Positions 35,901-46,644 of a stretch of 64,000 bases of DNA are shown piece after piece. Position 1 is the stretch's first letter. Each line of letters begins with the position of its first letter. The DNA comes from a phage: sequence record PZ445451.1; one strand, given 5' to 3'. The notes beneath the pieces were generated by a model. The model was not told where the DNA came from, searched no databases, and was given only the letters and a program-made list of their open reading frames with translations. The translations under genes were made by a program, and so were the position numbers.

Positions 35901-36036
35901 TATCTTCCTCCTCTTCTTTTTCTTCCGTGTGAACGAAGCCTAAACCGTTACAATTCCAACACGGAATAAATTGTTCCATACTAACAATAAAATTCCCAGT
36001 ACCACCGCAGATAGGACAAATACTTACATCATCCAT
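35884..36036 (-). CDS. DnaJ-type zinc-finger micro-protein (50 aa; CPICGGTG ... CWNCNGLG), not in track
   Basis: Two C-x2-C-x-G-x-G repeats; ATG at 36036 (minus); stop overlaps the next start. Confidence 0.4.
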   Translation of the reverse strand: MDDVSICPICGGTGNFIVSMEQFIPCWNCNGLGFVHTEEKEEEEDNGSCH

Positions 36037-36038
36037 TA

Positions 36039-36245
36039 TTAAAGCTCCTCAATCTTTTCTAACATCTGTTTTAACTCATTCTCTGTTAACAGAATTTCTG
36101 TGATACCATCATAAGTTTCTACCATCAGAGTAAAACATTTTTCTCCATCTGAACACACAAAAGCACCACCTTCATCTTCTGTTAAGTCAGAATTAATATC
36201 CACATCAACAAAATCAATCATCTTTTTCTCCTTTGATAATTTCAA
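36039..36245 (-). CDS. hypothetical acidic protein (68 aa)
   Basis: Track ORF. Confidence 0.5.
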   Translation of the reverse strand: MKLSKEKKMIDFVDVDINSDLTEDEGGAFVCSDGEKCFTLMVETYDGITEILLTENELKQMLEKIEEL

Positions 36246-36432
36246 ACTTGGCTACACCATTAACTATAATGTGACCGCAAGACATAACTCCTAGCCAATG
36301 ATCACCATTCTTTTTTAAACGTTTACCGTAAACATCACAGAAACCATTCTGTAATTCGGAAGCCTCATAAGAGGCTCCCTTTTCGAAAACGTCTTTGAAG
36401 TCAGAAATTAATCCAACACAAAGTAGTTTCAT
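36214..36432 (-). CDS. hypothetical protein (72 aa)
   Basis: Track ORF. Confidence 0.5.
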   Translation of the reverse strand: MKLLCVGLISDFKDVFEKGASYEASELQNGFCDVYGKRLKKNGDHWLGVMSCGHIIVNGVAKFEIIKGEKDD

Positions 36433-37517
36433 TAGAAGTCTAACTCCTCGTCATCACTTACATCTTTATTTGCTGAATTCAGTTTGTAAGCTGTAATTTG
36501 GATCTCCTGTGCTGCTGCTTGAATTTGATCTGGATTTAACCAAACATCCATCCAAGGCAGTGGACTTTTCTTCGGTGCACGGAATTTGTGTTTCATTTTC
36601 AGTCTGCGATAGATAGGCGCGGCATTGAAGTAAACCCAAAGTTTGAACAACTCTGCGTTACCACCAACGATAACCCTTCCTTCACTAAACAGATAGTCAC
36701 ACCAATCTTCCTCTTGTCCAACTACCGTATCAAGAATTTCTGTCAGAACGTCGATATTATCTTCGTATACTTTTCTCCAGACAGGATCTTTCAGCAGTGC
36801 ATCAATAATAGCATAATCCATTTTAACGTGCAATAGTTCATCCAACATAATTTTTTGAATAAGTTTAGCTGCACCTACAAACAGTTGCTGCTCTGCTAAG
36901 GCAAATGTTGCAGCAAAAGATGATATGAATTGAATGCCTTCCAGACCGATAAGTGCAATCATTCCTTTCAGAATCAGTAGACGAAGGTTATCATCCTTCT
37001 CAATCAGACCTAGAGCATATTTATGTCCTGCCTCTGCCAGATCACTCATTATCTCTTCAACTATACCCATCCTCTGGAAGATTCTTTCGTTCTCCATAAT
37101 CTGATCGATAACTTCATTTGGATTAGGGATACACTGACGAATAATTTCAGAATATGTCAAAGCGTGTAAAACTTCCATTTCTGATTGCTTCATCATCATT
37201 GCACATGCTTCGTTGTTGCTTAAAAATGGTGCAAACAAAGTGATGATTGATTTAGCAAGTGAATCATTTTCCCACTGGAAAGATAGGTTTTTGATCATAA
37301 CATCATAGTTGCTTTTAGAACAAGCTACGAAATCTTTTCGTGTCTGATCTAAGTTTACTTCGTTTTCATCCCAATCTTGCTGTTTTTGTAGTTTGTACAG
37401 GCGATGCATTTCTGGGTATGTTACGTTAATAGAATCAAAAATACCTAACTGTTCGCCCAAAAATACAGGGTAGAAACCTTCTTTGTAAGTGTCGTTGTAT
37501 AAATTAATTGCTGCCAT
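36432..37517 (-). CDS. nrdB: ribonucleotide reductase class Ia small (beta) subunit
   Basis: Ferritin-like di-iron protein with E..H motifs; immediately downstream of nrdA. Confidence 0.85.
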   Translation of the reverse strand: MAAINLYNDTYKEGFYPVFLGEQLGIFDSINVTYPEMHRLYKLQKQQDWDENEVNLDQTRKDFVACSKSNYDVMIKNLSFQWENDSLAKSIITLFAPFLSNNEACAMMMKQSEMEVLHALTYSEIIRQCIPNPNEVIDQIMENERIFQRMGIVEEIMSDLAEAGHKYALGLIEKDDNLRLLILKGMIALIGLEGIQFISSFAATFALAEQQLFVGAAKLIQKIMLDELLHVKMDYAIIDALLKDPVWRKVYEDNIDVLTEILDTVVGQEEDWCDYLFSEGRVIVGGNAELFKLWVYFNAAPIYRRLKMKHKFRAPKKSPLPWMDVWLNPDQIQAAAQEIQITAYKLNSANKDVSDDEELDF

Positions 37518-37839
37518 TTAAATCCTCCACAATATCACACATTGCTTTTATTGTATCAATGTGTTCTCTCTCCATACCATTCTCTATGTAAGCCTTCTCT
37601 AATGCGTTCCATACACTCTTTGTGAGTAGTACAGTAACCTCTCCCTCATATCTTGCCCTGGTTAAAGCATACCAGGTAGCTTCGGGATCATTGGAAGCCC
37701 ATATTTCAACACTGGAAAATTGAAAACCTGCAATATGATGACAACACCAATCGAATGTAAAATCTTTACTATCTACCAGTGTATAATTGCCCCAACGCCT
37801 TTGTGGTGTTGCCCCAGGTAATACAACTAATGTAGGCAT
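37504..37839 (-). CDS. hypothetical protein (111 aa)
   Basis: Track ORF 37504-37881 trimmed to Met15 (AAGGAGG RBS). Confidence 0.5.
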   Translation of the reverse strand: MPTLVVLPGATPQRRWGNYTLVDSKDFTFDWCCHHIAGFQFSSVEIWASNDPEATWYALTRARYEGEVTVLLTKSVWNALEKAYIENGMEREHIDTIKAMCDIVEDLNGSN

Positions 37840-37880
37840 ATTCCTCCTTAAGAAATGGGGGACAAAGCCCCCTAGCTTCA

Positions 37881-40142
37881 TTACATCTTACAAGACTCAC
37901 AACCGGATTCTTCATCCTCTTGAGCGAGTGAGGTTGCTGATTTTGTTCGACTATTTAGATAGTACAAAGATTTACCACCAAGTTTTGCAAACTGAAGGAT
38001 ATATTGCATTTCTGATTTAATGGATAAACGACCACCTTCCATCTTAGAATAGTCAATCCACTTGTCACATGATGCACCTTGATCTAAGAATTTAGTCAAC
38101 AGTCCATATGCTTCAGCCATATCTTTATCTGGCGTATCCCAAGCCGATTGGTAAATATCTTTTAGTTTATCGTAATCTGGCACAATAAACAAGACATTAC
38201 CTTTTTGGCTTTGTTTATAAACTATAGTATCACGTACAGGATACACAGAGTTAGTCGTATTACTTACAAGACTACTGGACTCATTCGGAGCAATAGCTGC
38301 TAATACACTATTTCGGATACCACCTTGTGCAATTATATCTTGTCGTAAACCTTCCCAATCCATTTTAAGTTTAAAATTGCCAATATCGTCTACAGCTTTA
38401 GCGTAGGTATCAATAGGCAACCATCCTTCAGGCCATTTGGTTTTATGCATCCATTCTGCATTACCTTTCTCTTTTGCCAAACGAAGAGAAGCTCTTGCTA
38501 ACCAGTAATAATGTATTTCTGCTAATTCGTGAATTAGTTTTTTGCCGTAAGGATCTGAATAAGTAACAAAATTACTTGCCAGATAATGTGCAAGGTTTGT
38601 AATACCTACACCGATAGACCTACGTGCTTTAGCAGTGATTTCGTTATGTTTAAACGGATACTGCATTGTTTCAATCACATTATCAATAGTTAGAACGGTA
38701 TAATATGCAACATCTTCATATTCTTCTGGTGTAACACGACCAGCTACAATAGAAGACAGGAAGCATAATGCCAATTCTTGGTCTTCTGTATTCTCACCTG
38801 TGAAAAGATCAGTCATATTGTGAAATGCTTTCGTAGGTAAGAAAATTTCTTGGCACAAGTTTGACTGGTAAATAACATCCTTAAACGGAGTATGCTTATT
38901 AACATTATCCGCAAAGAACATATAAATACGTCCTGTTTCTGCTCTTTGTGTAATAATTTCTGCCAGAAGATCTCGTGCTTTTACAAACTTCTTCTTAATT
39001 CGTTTGCGACTAACTTTTTCATATACTTCTTCAAACTCTTCCTCGCTTTTATAAAGCGCCTCATAGAGTTCTGGTGCTTCGTCATAACTGACTAGCATCC
39101 AATCTTTACCTTTTGCTGCACGGCGCAGGAAAGCATTGTTTACTACAATAGAGTAATCAAGTTTATCTACTCGTTTTTCACTAACAGTAGTTGGATTTTT
39201 CAAACGTACCAGATCTTCAAAATCAGGTTCCAATATTGTAAACGTTACTGTTGCACTTCCACCACGGCTTGCTTGTTTTGATGCTCCAACACTTGTTTCC
39301 ATCCATTTCAGATATGGTAAAAGACCACCGTGAACTATACGGTTGTTCTTAACACCTTGTCCTGTAGCACGGGTTTGGAGGTTAACACCAATACCTGCAT
39401 TATTCAATGTATATTCATGAGCAAGATAGTTAGCAATTGCTAAAGATTCTGCTGTATCATCTGCTCTAAACAGACAACAAGAAGCACTACCTTTAATCTT
39501 AGTACGCAAAGTTGTTAAATAAGGTGATGGTAAATTAATCTTAAGATCACTTACGTAGGTATATAGACGTTTAATGTCTTCTACTCTGCGATCTTTTGGT
39601 TGAATTTCCATTACCTTCATTGCTACACCAATGAATAAAAACTGTGGTGATTCAAAAACCACATCATTGATCGCATCTTTCACAAGATACTTATCAACCA
39701 TCTGGCGCAGTACGGAATAACCATAAGTTAGGTTTTTATCATGATTGATAATTTTACCAATCTCAATAATTTCTTCTTCTGTATAATCCATTTTCCCCCA
39801 ATAGCCTTTACTTACAGACATATTGTAGAAATCCAGGAGGGAGGGGATATTGTGATATCCCCCATGAGCCTGTTTATAGATCATACCAAGAAGTAACCGA
39901 CCTGCCATATCACTATATGCCTGATCTTTCTTATCAATACATGCTGCTATCATAGCTTTATGTAAATCACGAGTAGGCACACCGTCGTAACAACGTTTAA
40001 CAGCTTCGAGTTCAATTTCAGACCAATTTAATTTACCAGCAGCAAACTCTGACCATTTACGAAGTTTTTCTGGATTAAATTCTTCTTTCTTGCCGTTTGT
40101 TTTTGTTACATAACGGATAGATTTGCTTAGATACTGAGTCAC
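37881..40142 (-). CDS. nrdA: ribonucleotide reductase class Ia large (alpha) subunit with N-terminal ATP-cone
   Basis: 753 aa; ATP-cone-like N-terminus; catalytic Cys/Asn/Glu region; C-terminal CxxC tail. Confidence 0.9.
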   Translation of the reverse strand: MTQYLSKSIRYVTKTNGKKEEFNPEKLRKWSEFAAGKLNWSEIELEAVKRCYDGVPTRDLHKAMIAACIDKKDQAYSDMAGRLLLGMIYKQAHGGYHNIPSLLDFYNMSVSKGYWGKMDYTEEEIIEIGKIINHDKNLTYGYSVLRQMVDKYLVKDAINDVVFESPQFLFIGVAMKVMEIQPKDRRVEDIKRLYTYVSDLKINLPSPYLTTLRTKIKGSASCCLFRADDTAESLAIANYLAHEYTLNNAGIGVNLQTRATGQGVKNNRIVHGGLLPYLKWMETSVGASKQASRGGSATVTFTILEPDFEDLVRLKNPTTVSEKRVDKLDYSIVVNNAFLRRAAKGKDWMLVSYDEAPELYEALYKSEEEFEEVYEKVSRKRIKKKFVKARDLLAEIITQRAETGRIYMFFADNVNKHTPFKDVIYQSNLCQEIFLPTKAFHNMTDLFTGENTEDQELALCFLSSIVAGRVTPEEYEDVAYYTVLTIDNVIETMQYPFKHNEITAKARRSIGVGITNLAHYLASNFVTYSDPYGKKLIHELAEIHYYWLARASLRLAKEKGNAEWMHKTKWPEGWLPIDTYAKAVDDIGNFKLKMDWEGLRQDIIAQGGIRNSVLAAIAPNESSSLVSNTTNSVYPVRDTIVYKQSQKGNVLFIVPDYDKLKDIYQSAWDTPDKDMAEAYGLLTKFLDQGASCDKWIDYSKMEGGRLSIKSEMQYILQFAKLGGKSLYYLNSRTKSATSLAQEDEESGCESCKM

Positions 40143-40153
40143 TTCCTCTCCTA

Positions 40154-40414
40154 TTAATTGTGCATGTTTAGAACATCTACATCATAACCGCCACGCATCT
40201 CATTATATAAGCCATTTGCGTATAGAAAACCTTCAAAATGATCTATACCTTCAAAACCTTTTGCCTTTGCTTTGCGGTCTGCTTCTTGTCTTTTTGGGGA
40301 TAATCTTTTAGATGTATCAAGGATAACTGTTACATTGCAACCTAATGTTTCATCAAAATAGACTTCAATTTCACAGCCTTCATATTTATTACTTTCTGTC
40401 ATTTGGCCTCTCAA
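40154..40414 (-). CDS. hypothetical protein (86 aa)
   Basis: Track ORF. Confidence 0.5.
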   Translation of the reverse strand: MRGQMTESNKYEGCEIEVYFDETLGCNVTVILDTSKRLSPKRQEADRKAKAKGFEGIDHFEGFLYANGLYNEMRGGYDVDVLNMHN

Positions 40415-40825
40415 TTAGAATTCAGAATCATCATCTCGTGATGGATCATGTTCATTTCCGAAGTCTTCCATTTTGATATGAGAGCTACCCCAACCTGTAA
40501 AATCTTCTTCTCCAAAGTGCAAAATATCTACACCTTGATAGATTCGCTTATATTTATAGTCTTGTCGAACTGGGAAAGTATACAATGTAGTATTTGCAAA
40601 CACCACACGTCGATTGTTGTTACTACGAATATTAACACCACGTTCTACTGTATAATGTCCATCGGTAGACATACCAAGCATTACTAATGCTGCTCGCAAT
40701 GTAGTGTTATGATACTCGTGAGGAATTTTTCCTCCGTGTTTTTTAGCCATTTCTTTCCAGATCGGTGTAGCCTTAATGGTAGACATACTTACGGTCGCCC
40801 AAACGGTTGTATTAATTAGTGACAT
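40415..40825 (-). CDS. hypothetical protein (136 aa)
   Basis: Track ORF. Confidence 0.55.
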   Translation of the reverse strand: MSLINTTVWATVSMSTIKATPIWKEMAKKHGGKIPHEYHNTTLRAALVMLGMSTDGHYTVERGVNIRSNNNRRVVFANTTLYTFPVRQDYKYKRIYQGVDILHFGEEDFTGWGSSHIKMEDFGNEHDPSRDDDSEF

Positions 40826-40923
40826 AAATTCTCCTTCTCTCTTTTTAAGGAGAGCTACGCTCTCCTAACGTTAGCCTATACTACACGAATCTCAATTAAA
40901 AGTCAACTATAATTTTAAGTTGA

Positions 40924-41895
40924 TCACCATTTTGTATGGTTAGTCAAAAGTTGACGATGTTGAATCCAACCACAGAAGTTTCCACTCCACAAACGATGTT
41001 TACGATCCATATGTGTAATACCTTCTTCCCAAGAGGTAGGGAACGGAGGAATATTAATACCACCTTTCTGTTGTTTTAATCCTGACAAATCCATTTCTTT
41101 CATTGGCGTTGCCTGGTGTTCAAACGGAGATGCATGTACCTTTTGTCCAGACAGCAAACGAGAATAGATATCCAATGCTTTATCTTTGGTATCATTCAAT
41201 TTACGATAACTTACCTGAGCGCAACAAGAAGCTGAAATAGCTTTTGCTTCCTCTTCTGTCAACATTTTCTCGTTGGAGAAGGTTTCACCCAAGAAATAAC
41301 GGATCATACCAGTTTCTGGATCTCGATCACGATTAACGTAAGGTGTATGCCATTCCCCTGGGAAAAGAAGATATGGTTCAGAAGATTCATACAGTTTTTT
41401 AATTTCTTTAGCAAGAGCCTCAATAGTAGGATCTGCATCAGCATCTACGCGCAACCACAAGAAGTTTTCTAGCTCTGTAGTGGTTACTACAGTCTTCATA
41501 CGCTGGAATGGTTCTAGTAGGCGGTTTGCAACCTGTTTATGATAACCAGCAAGGGCAAACTCTTCTGCAAAACGTGCAGCACTTAGCGCAGCCAAGTCCC
41601 ACCATTCTTTTGCAGTGTAACCTGCATCAATCAGGGCATCGTGATCTGTGCCTTTATCTTGCATACCTGGTTGGTTAGCACCAAAACGATAAGGACGTGC
41701 TGGAGATTGCCGTACCATTTCAATTAGAGTTTTAACAGGGATAGCTCGACTTGATGCGGCATTACGAGAAAACAAACGATGCGTCATCAATTCAGAGTGA
41801 ATGATTCGAGGATATTCAAGTTCAAAGGTAACAATATCCTTACCTTCAGATGTTTGAGAGTGTGCAATAATTTTTGCTGAAATAGAGTTTGTCAT
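40924..41895 (-). CDS. thyX: flavin-dependent thymidylate synthase
   Basis: ThyX signature RHR..S.....S.R (HRLFSRNAASSRAIP). Confidence 0.85.
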   Translation of the reverse strand: MTNSISAKIIAHSQTSEGKDIVTFELEYPRIIHSELMTHRLFSRNAASSRAIPVKTLIEMVRQSPARPYRFGANQPGMQDKGTDHDALIDAGYTAKEWWDLAALSAARFAEEFALAGYHKQVANRLLEPFQRMKTVVTTTELENFLWLRVDADADPTIEALAKEIKKLYESSEPYLLFPGEWHTPYVNRDRDPETGMIRYFLGETFSNEKMLTEEEAKAISASCCAQVSYRKLNDTKDKALDIYSRLLSGQKVHASPFEHQATPMKEMDLSGLKQQKGGINIPPFPTSWEEGITHMDRKHRLWSGNFCGWIQHRQLLTNHTKW

Positions 41896-41904
41896 TATTT
41901 CTCC

Positions 41905-42495
41905 TTAAGGTAGTAAAATACTTTCAATTTCTTCCCACTGATTATCTAAACCAGTGATAATTACATTAGGAAGTTTCTTTAACTTTTCCAAGTATGGATC
42001 TTCGTAAATAGTGTTGAAATATATTTTCAACGTTTCATCTGGAAATAGGACAAGATTTTCAGCCCTATCGTCAATAGTTACGTCGCAAGGTAATAAGTAT
42101 TTTTCTTTTGTTGCGAAAAAGCCATTACCAGATGTTCTACTAAAGTCCACTTTATCTAAAGATCGTGTTACGTGTCTATATTTAGAACTAAGGTGTCCAC
42201 CCTTAGTGTGGCTTGCTATAGATATATTAGCTCCATTTGCAATTATACGATGAACAACATCTGTACTATTAGGTACTACTCCCATAGTATCATATAGATG
42301 TTGGTTATCCCAAAAAGAGTAAGGATCTACACCAAATTGCTTTTTAAAATCAGGAAAATATTTCGTAATATCATAATGCACAGTCTTATGTGCCTTATCA
42401 AATTTGATATTAGATCTACTTACCGCATTTAACCAACTCAACCATTCTACATCGGCAGGAGCTATTACTAAATCCCAATCACATACTAGACGCAT
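41905..42495 (-). CDS. hypothetical protein in the nucleotide-metabolism cluster (197 aa)
   Basis: Track ORF 41905-42609 trimmed to Met39 (GGAG RBS) to limit overlap with tdk. Confidence 0.5.
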   Translation of the reverse strand: MRLVCDWDLVIAPADVEWLSWLNAVSRSNIKFDKAHKTVHYDITKYFPDFKKQFGVDPYSFWDNQHLYDTMGVVPNSTDVVHRIIANGANISIASHTKGGHLSSKYRHVTRSLDKVDFSRTSGNGFFATKEKYLLPCDVTIDDRAENLVLFPDETLKIYFNTIYEDPYLEKLKKLPNVIITGLDNQWEEIESILLP

Positions 42496-43042
42496 TATTT
42501 CTCCTGTTATAACATTTTCTACACATTGTTTCGTAAATGTCTTCTCCTCCAATAACAATCTGTTCTTTAGAGTCGATAAGTCTAGCATTGAAAATAGCTT
42601 TTCTTCCACATTTACAAATGCTTTTCAATTCTGTAATTGAATCTGCTATGGCTAATAACCGTTCAGAACCTTCAAACAATTCTGTAGCAAAATCTGTTTT
42701 AAGCCCATAACAGAATACAGGAATATCGTAATTATCTACCACATCTCCAAGAATGTCAACCATATCTTTAGTTAGGAATTGTGATTCGTCCACAAATACT
42801 GCATCTACTGGATTTTCTTTAAGTTGTGTATAAATTTCCAGCATATCTTCTTTTGTTTTAACTGGTTTTGCTTCCTCTTTAATACCTATCCTAGAAGCAA
42901 TAGCACAACCAGACCTGGTATCTAAAGCTGAAGTTAAAAGAAGAACTTTCATATTTCTTTCTTTATAGTTCCAAGCTGTTTGTAGCAGATGTGTGCTTTT
43001 ACCACTGTTCATCGGACTATATCGGAAATAAAGTTTAGCCAT
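42479..43042 (-). CDS. tdk: thymidine kinase
   Basis: P-loop MNSGKST and C-terminal zinc-ribbon Cys pairs typical of type II thymidine kinases. Confidence 0.85.
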   Translation of the reverse strand: MAKLYFRYSPMNSGKSTHLLQTAWNYKERNMKVLLLTSALDTRSGCAIASRIGIKEEAKPVKTKEDMLEIYTQLKENPVDAVFVDESQFLTKDMVDILGDVVDNYDIPVFCYGLKTDFATELFEGSERLLAIADSITELKSICKCGRKAIFNARLIDSKEQIVIGGEDIYETMCRKCYNRRNNASSM

Positions 43043-43087
43043 ATTTTCTCCTCTAACGCTCCCATTTGTGGGAGCGATAATACTTTA

Positions 43088-43663
43088 TTATTTCTCTTCG
43101 TCAAGAAGAATTTTTACTATTTGTTTTCTTCGCTTACTTACTGTACTTTCTGGTGAAATTCCGCGCTTCGTTAGCCAATTTTTATCCTTTTTAGACTGGC
43201 ATAAAGCTATCGCTTCCTTCTCCGCTTTTGCTTCCCTGAATGTCATATCGTGCTTGTCAGCATAAGCCAGGATAGCGTTACACTGCTTACAAACTACACG
43301 CAGGTCGTCTTCTGTTACGTACAATAAGCGTAAAACAAAACTTGGAATATCTTCATAACAGGTTAATGTACCTGCTGCATTAATATGGTCTACTTGAAAG
43401 TCTTTCATACCTCCTGTATGTCCACACAATTCACATTTACAATTCCAAACCTGTTTCGGTTTGCCTGTTTTCTTATCTAAGACTATATTTCCATCTTTAT
43501 CCAACCTATCAGCTTTAAACCGTACAGATTGGATCTTTTTTATCTTATTCGGGTGTCGCACCCATGCTTTCCTTAAGCAACCCCTTAAATATGTATAAAA
43601 GGCTGCTTGAGTTTTCCAAGGTGTTCCATCTCCCCAAATAACTTTAGGTTCTTTATTTTCCAA
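43088..43663 (-). CDS. HNH-family endonuclease (probable homing endonuclease)
   Basis: CELCGH ... DHI ... CKQCN HNH-like zinc/His motif; free-standing inside the nucleotide-metabolism block. Confidence 0.55.
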   Translation of the reverse strand: MENKEPKVIWGDGTPWKTQAAFYTYLRGCLRKAWVRHPNKIKKIQSVRFKADRLDKDGNIVLDKKTGKPKQVWNCKCELCGHTGGMKDFQVDHINAAGTLTCYEDIPSFVLRLLYVTEDDLRVVCKQCNAILAYADKHDMTFREAKAEKEAIALCQSKKDKNWLTKRGISPESTVSKRRKQIVKILLDEEK

Positions 43664-43847
43664 TAGTGCTCACCTTTTTAGCTACATAATCTCCAGGTGG
43701 AATGTTATATTTAAAGAAAAGCATACGGTCTAAACCAGCCTTACACATGTTCTCTGGGATTGTGATTGTATATAAGAGTTTATCTCCACGTTTATTGTAT
43801 ATTTTATATACTTCACCCTCTCCGTATTGTTTACCGTGAGAAGCCAT
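43653..43847 (-). CDS. hypothetical protein (64 aa)
   Basis: Track ORF. Confidence 0.5.
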   Translation of the reverse strand: MASHGKQYGEGEVYKIYNKRGDKLLYTITIPENMCKAGLDRMLFFKYNIPPGDYVAKKVSTIGK

Positions 43848-44232
43848 CTACACTCTCCTTCAATGTTTCAATAGCATCTGCTGCTTCAATATACTTACCT
43901 TTGTACATTGCTTTTAAAGCCTTACGAACAAGATCATCGTCTGTGTATAAATCAATTAGCTGATTAGCTAACTCAATTTTTACAGGATTTTTTAAGTTAG
44001 GGTAGGCTTCATACAACATATTGTAATACTTATCACTTAATTCTTTTTCAATATGAATAACGTGAATCGCTTTGTTTAGGTTGATCACACGATCACCTTT
44101 GTTTCGACAAGCATACTTAGCTAACTTAGTGAAACAAGGAGTTGCACCAATTAGATATGCAAGTTCCAAAGGTTGCATACGCATACGTTTGTAGTGATCA
44201 CCATCAATTTGAATATCCAGTGCTGTAGTCAT
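43831..44232 (-). CDS. hypothetical protein (133 aa), possibly DUF3310-like
   Basis: Track ORF; weak resemblance recalled from memory. Confidence 0.5.
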   Translation of the reverse strand: MTTALDIQIDGDHYKRMRMQPLELAYLIGATPCFTKLAKYACRNKGDRVINLNKAIHVIHIEKELSDKYYNMLYEAYPNLKNPVKIELANQLIDLYTDDDLVRKALKAMYKGKYIEAADAIETLKESVDGFSR

Positions 44233-44241
44233 AAATCCTCC

Positions 44242-44270
44242 AAAAATAAAGGGGCTTTCGCCCCTTTTTA
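44242..44270. terminator. GGGGC-TTTC-GCCCC hairpin (bidirectional terminator type)
   Basis: Hairpin 44251-44264 flanked by A-run and T-run. Confidence 0.5.
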
Positions 44271-45233
44271 TTAAATTCCAATAACAGTGTTTACACGCTT
44301 CTCTTTGCTACGCAAATTAACACGTCCACGAGACAGGCTATTACATGATGTGCATCTTAGCACTTGGAATGTACTAACCGCTGTTGTGTAAACCTTACCA
44401 GGAACAACTTCAAGGTGCTCTTTACCGCAACGAGGACAACGAAGTTTTTCATCGTCATAGAATGCAGATACGTTAGGATGTTGTGGAATCCATGCACGAA
44501 GTTTGATGTAAAGATCTCTAAGAGAAACAACATCACCATCGTTGTATGTTTGCATACGGAAGAAGGCATGTCTATCCCCTTCACAACATGCTTTCCACAA
44601 AGGAAAACCTTCATTATCAAGTTTAAAGTTTTCTGTATCAAAATACAAACACATTTCTTTAAGCGCATTAGAAGGTAGTGCAAACTGCTTCTTAGCTGCC
44701 TTGAGTGTATCAATTACAACATAGTGTGATGGTGGCTCCATACCGTGAAAAGCAAAACGTTGGTTAATATAAGCCTTATCAAACTTAATACCATTGTGTG
44801 CGATCACAATATCTGCATCGTCAAGCAAGTGCCAGAGATCTTGACATAATTCCCAATCATCTGTATGATCTATGTCAAACAAAGGGTAATTGCTAAGGTT
44901 CTTACCTTCTACTTCCCCTGTTTCTAAATCAGCAGATGAATAGGAAAGCAAGTAACCTCGACGAATAACTTGTTCAGGTGCAATAAAGGCTTTGAAACGT
45001 GAGAAGCTATACACAATCTCCGGTGCTGTCTCTACGTCAATAATTTTAATTACTGGCCCACCTTTATCTTGCGGAGCACCTCGATGTGGTGAATTTACAC
45101 GAGCTAAGTAATCATTTACTGTGCTCTTCTTAGTAGAACTTCCCAACACCTCTTGTGCAATCTTACGCGAAGAATAACCTTGTGCTTTCATAGATACAAT
45201 CAAGGCTTTCTGTTCGTCTGTTAATTTACTCAA
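44271..45233 (-). CDS. DEDD-family 3'-5' exonuclease with N-terminal HTH and C-terminal zinc ribbon
   Basis: VIAHNGIKFDKAYINQRF exonuclease motif; C-terminal RCPRCG ... CTSCNS. Confidence 0.55.
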   Translation of the reverse strand: MSKLTDEQKALIVSMKAQGYSSRKIAQEVLGSSTKKSTVNDYLARVNSPHRGAPQDKGGPVIKIIDVETAPEIVYSFSRFKAFIAPEQVIRRGYLLSYSSADLETGEVEGKNLSNYPLFDIDHTDDWELCQDLWHLLDDADIVIAHNGIKFDKAYINQRFAFHGMEPPSHYVVIDTLKAAKKQFALPSNALKEMCLYFDTENFKLDNEGFPLWKACCEGDRHAFFRMQTYNDGDVVSLRDLYIKLRAWIPQHPNVSAFYDDEKLRCPRCGKEHLEVVPGKVYTTAVSTFQVLRCTSCNSLSRGRVNLRSKEKRVNTVIGI

Positions 45234-46264
45234 TGTTCCTCCTGCTCTGAAATATATGCTTGTAGCATACTTTCAAAAGTTGTTTCATCATTCGCCCAAC
45301 GTTTCATATATACCAACTGAAAAATTGTCTCTATCCATTCATCAGTTGTCATTTCTACTTCTTCACCATCCCAAGAAGTAAATTTAACGCCATCTGGGAA
45401 CCATTCATAATACTGATCTTTAACTGTCTGAAAAAGTTCAGCCTGTGTTTTACATTTGGAAATAAGATTAAAGCAAGTAATATCTCCAAACTTAACATCG
45501 AAATCTTGGTAAGGTCGAATACTATCTGTCTTATCGCCCATTAGCATTTGATAAGCTAACCAGTAACTACCCCAACCCTTAACTTCTTTTTTCTTACCTT
45601 TTTCTACGATCCAGATATCACCAATAGATTCATCAATCAGAATAACACAAGGATTTTTATAAACACCATCCTCTTTATAAAAGTTAAAGAGTAAACTTGG
45701 TGTGTGTAAGCTATCTTTGTCGATAGATGCTACAATATGAGAAAACTTACCAGTTTCCTTGTAGGCTTTATACCCTGCATATCCATAGATTTCTAAAGCA
45801 TCATCTGCCTCAATACCAGTAACAACGTCACCGTTATGTTTTTCAACTAGATAATCTTTAGTATCTGATAATTGGATTGGTCTTAAATCTGATCGTTCTG
45901 ATTTATATTCTTTTGGCATTTTGAAAGAATGCCGGAATGTTTTTCCTACCCCGATGACACCGCAATACTTTTGAAGTTTTAGGTGATCCACCATCTGGGT
46001 TATTTTTGTCTTTGCAGCTTGAAACGTAAAAGAAATATTCTCTGGGACTATTTGAACATCTTTTATTTCAAAATCTTCCTTGGAGAACAACTTCTTACCA
46101 GCAGCTTCGCGTTGCGCGTTAAGTGCTCCTAACCATCCTCCAATATTTTTTGAAGATTTACCCCAAAAATCTGTTCTTGTTTCAAACTCTTTTACATTAC
46201 CGGAAGCCTTGTGTACAGCGTGGATTTTTCTTTGTTCTAAAGCTGAAGACGCTTGGAACGCCAC
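45230..46264 (-). CDS. 5'-3' exonuclease / flap endonuclease (T4 RNase H / T5 D15-like)
   Basis: GIEADDALEIYGYAGY matches the G-x-EADD motif of FEN/5'-nuclease domains. Confidence 0.6.
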   Translation of the reverse strand: MAFQASSALEQRKIHAVHKASGNVKEFETRTDFWGKSSKNIGGWLGALNAQREAAGKKLFSKEDFEIKDVQIVPENISFTFQAAKTKITQMVDHLKLQKYCGVIGVGKTFRHSFKMPKEYKSERSDLRPIQLSDTKDYLVEKHNGDVVTGIEADDALEIYGYAGYKAYKETGKFSHIVASIDKDSLHTPSLLFNFYKEDGVYKNPCVILIDESIGDIWIVEKGKKKEVKGWGSYWLAYQMLMGDKTDSIRPYQDFDVKFGDITCFNLISKCKTQAELFQTVKDQYYEWFPDGVKFTSWDGEEVEMTTDEWIETIFQLVYMKRWANDETTFESMLQAYISEQEEH

Positions 46265-46356
46265 TTGATCGTAGTCTATTGCAAGAATTGTGTTCTCGTC
46301 AACATATTTGTGCAGGTCTTCCGGTTGGATTAAAATGTAACCGCTAATATTACCTC

Positions 46357-46569
46357 CTATTCATCATCTGAACTCTCTGTTGAGAATGTTCGTGTGTAGG
46401 GACACTGACGACTTGCAGAAACCTCTATAACCTTGTCGTACATACCGTTAGAGTAAAAACAGTATTTTGTACTTCCAGAAACTTGTTCTCCAGAATTAAT
46501 TAAAGTTATTTGACCAGCATAAGAATAAGAACTGATTACTAAAAGTAAACCGACAAGAAGTTTTTTCAT
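46357..46569 (-). CDS. small secreted protein with signal peptide (70 aa)
   Basis: MKKLLVGLLLVISSYSYA signal peptide. Confidence 0.55.
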   Translation of the reverse strand: MKKLLVGLLLVISSYSYAGQITLINSGEQVSGSTKYCFYSNGMYDKVIEVSASRQCPYTRTFSTESSDDE

Positions 46570-46644
46570 TGGTGTGTCTCCTTAAAAGCCCACCTAACTA
46601 AGTAGGTAGGCATATTAACACATATTAAATTAGTAAGTCAAGTA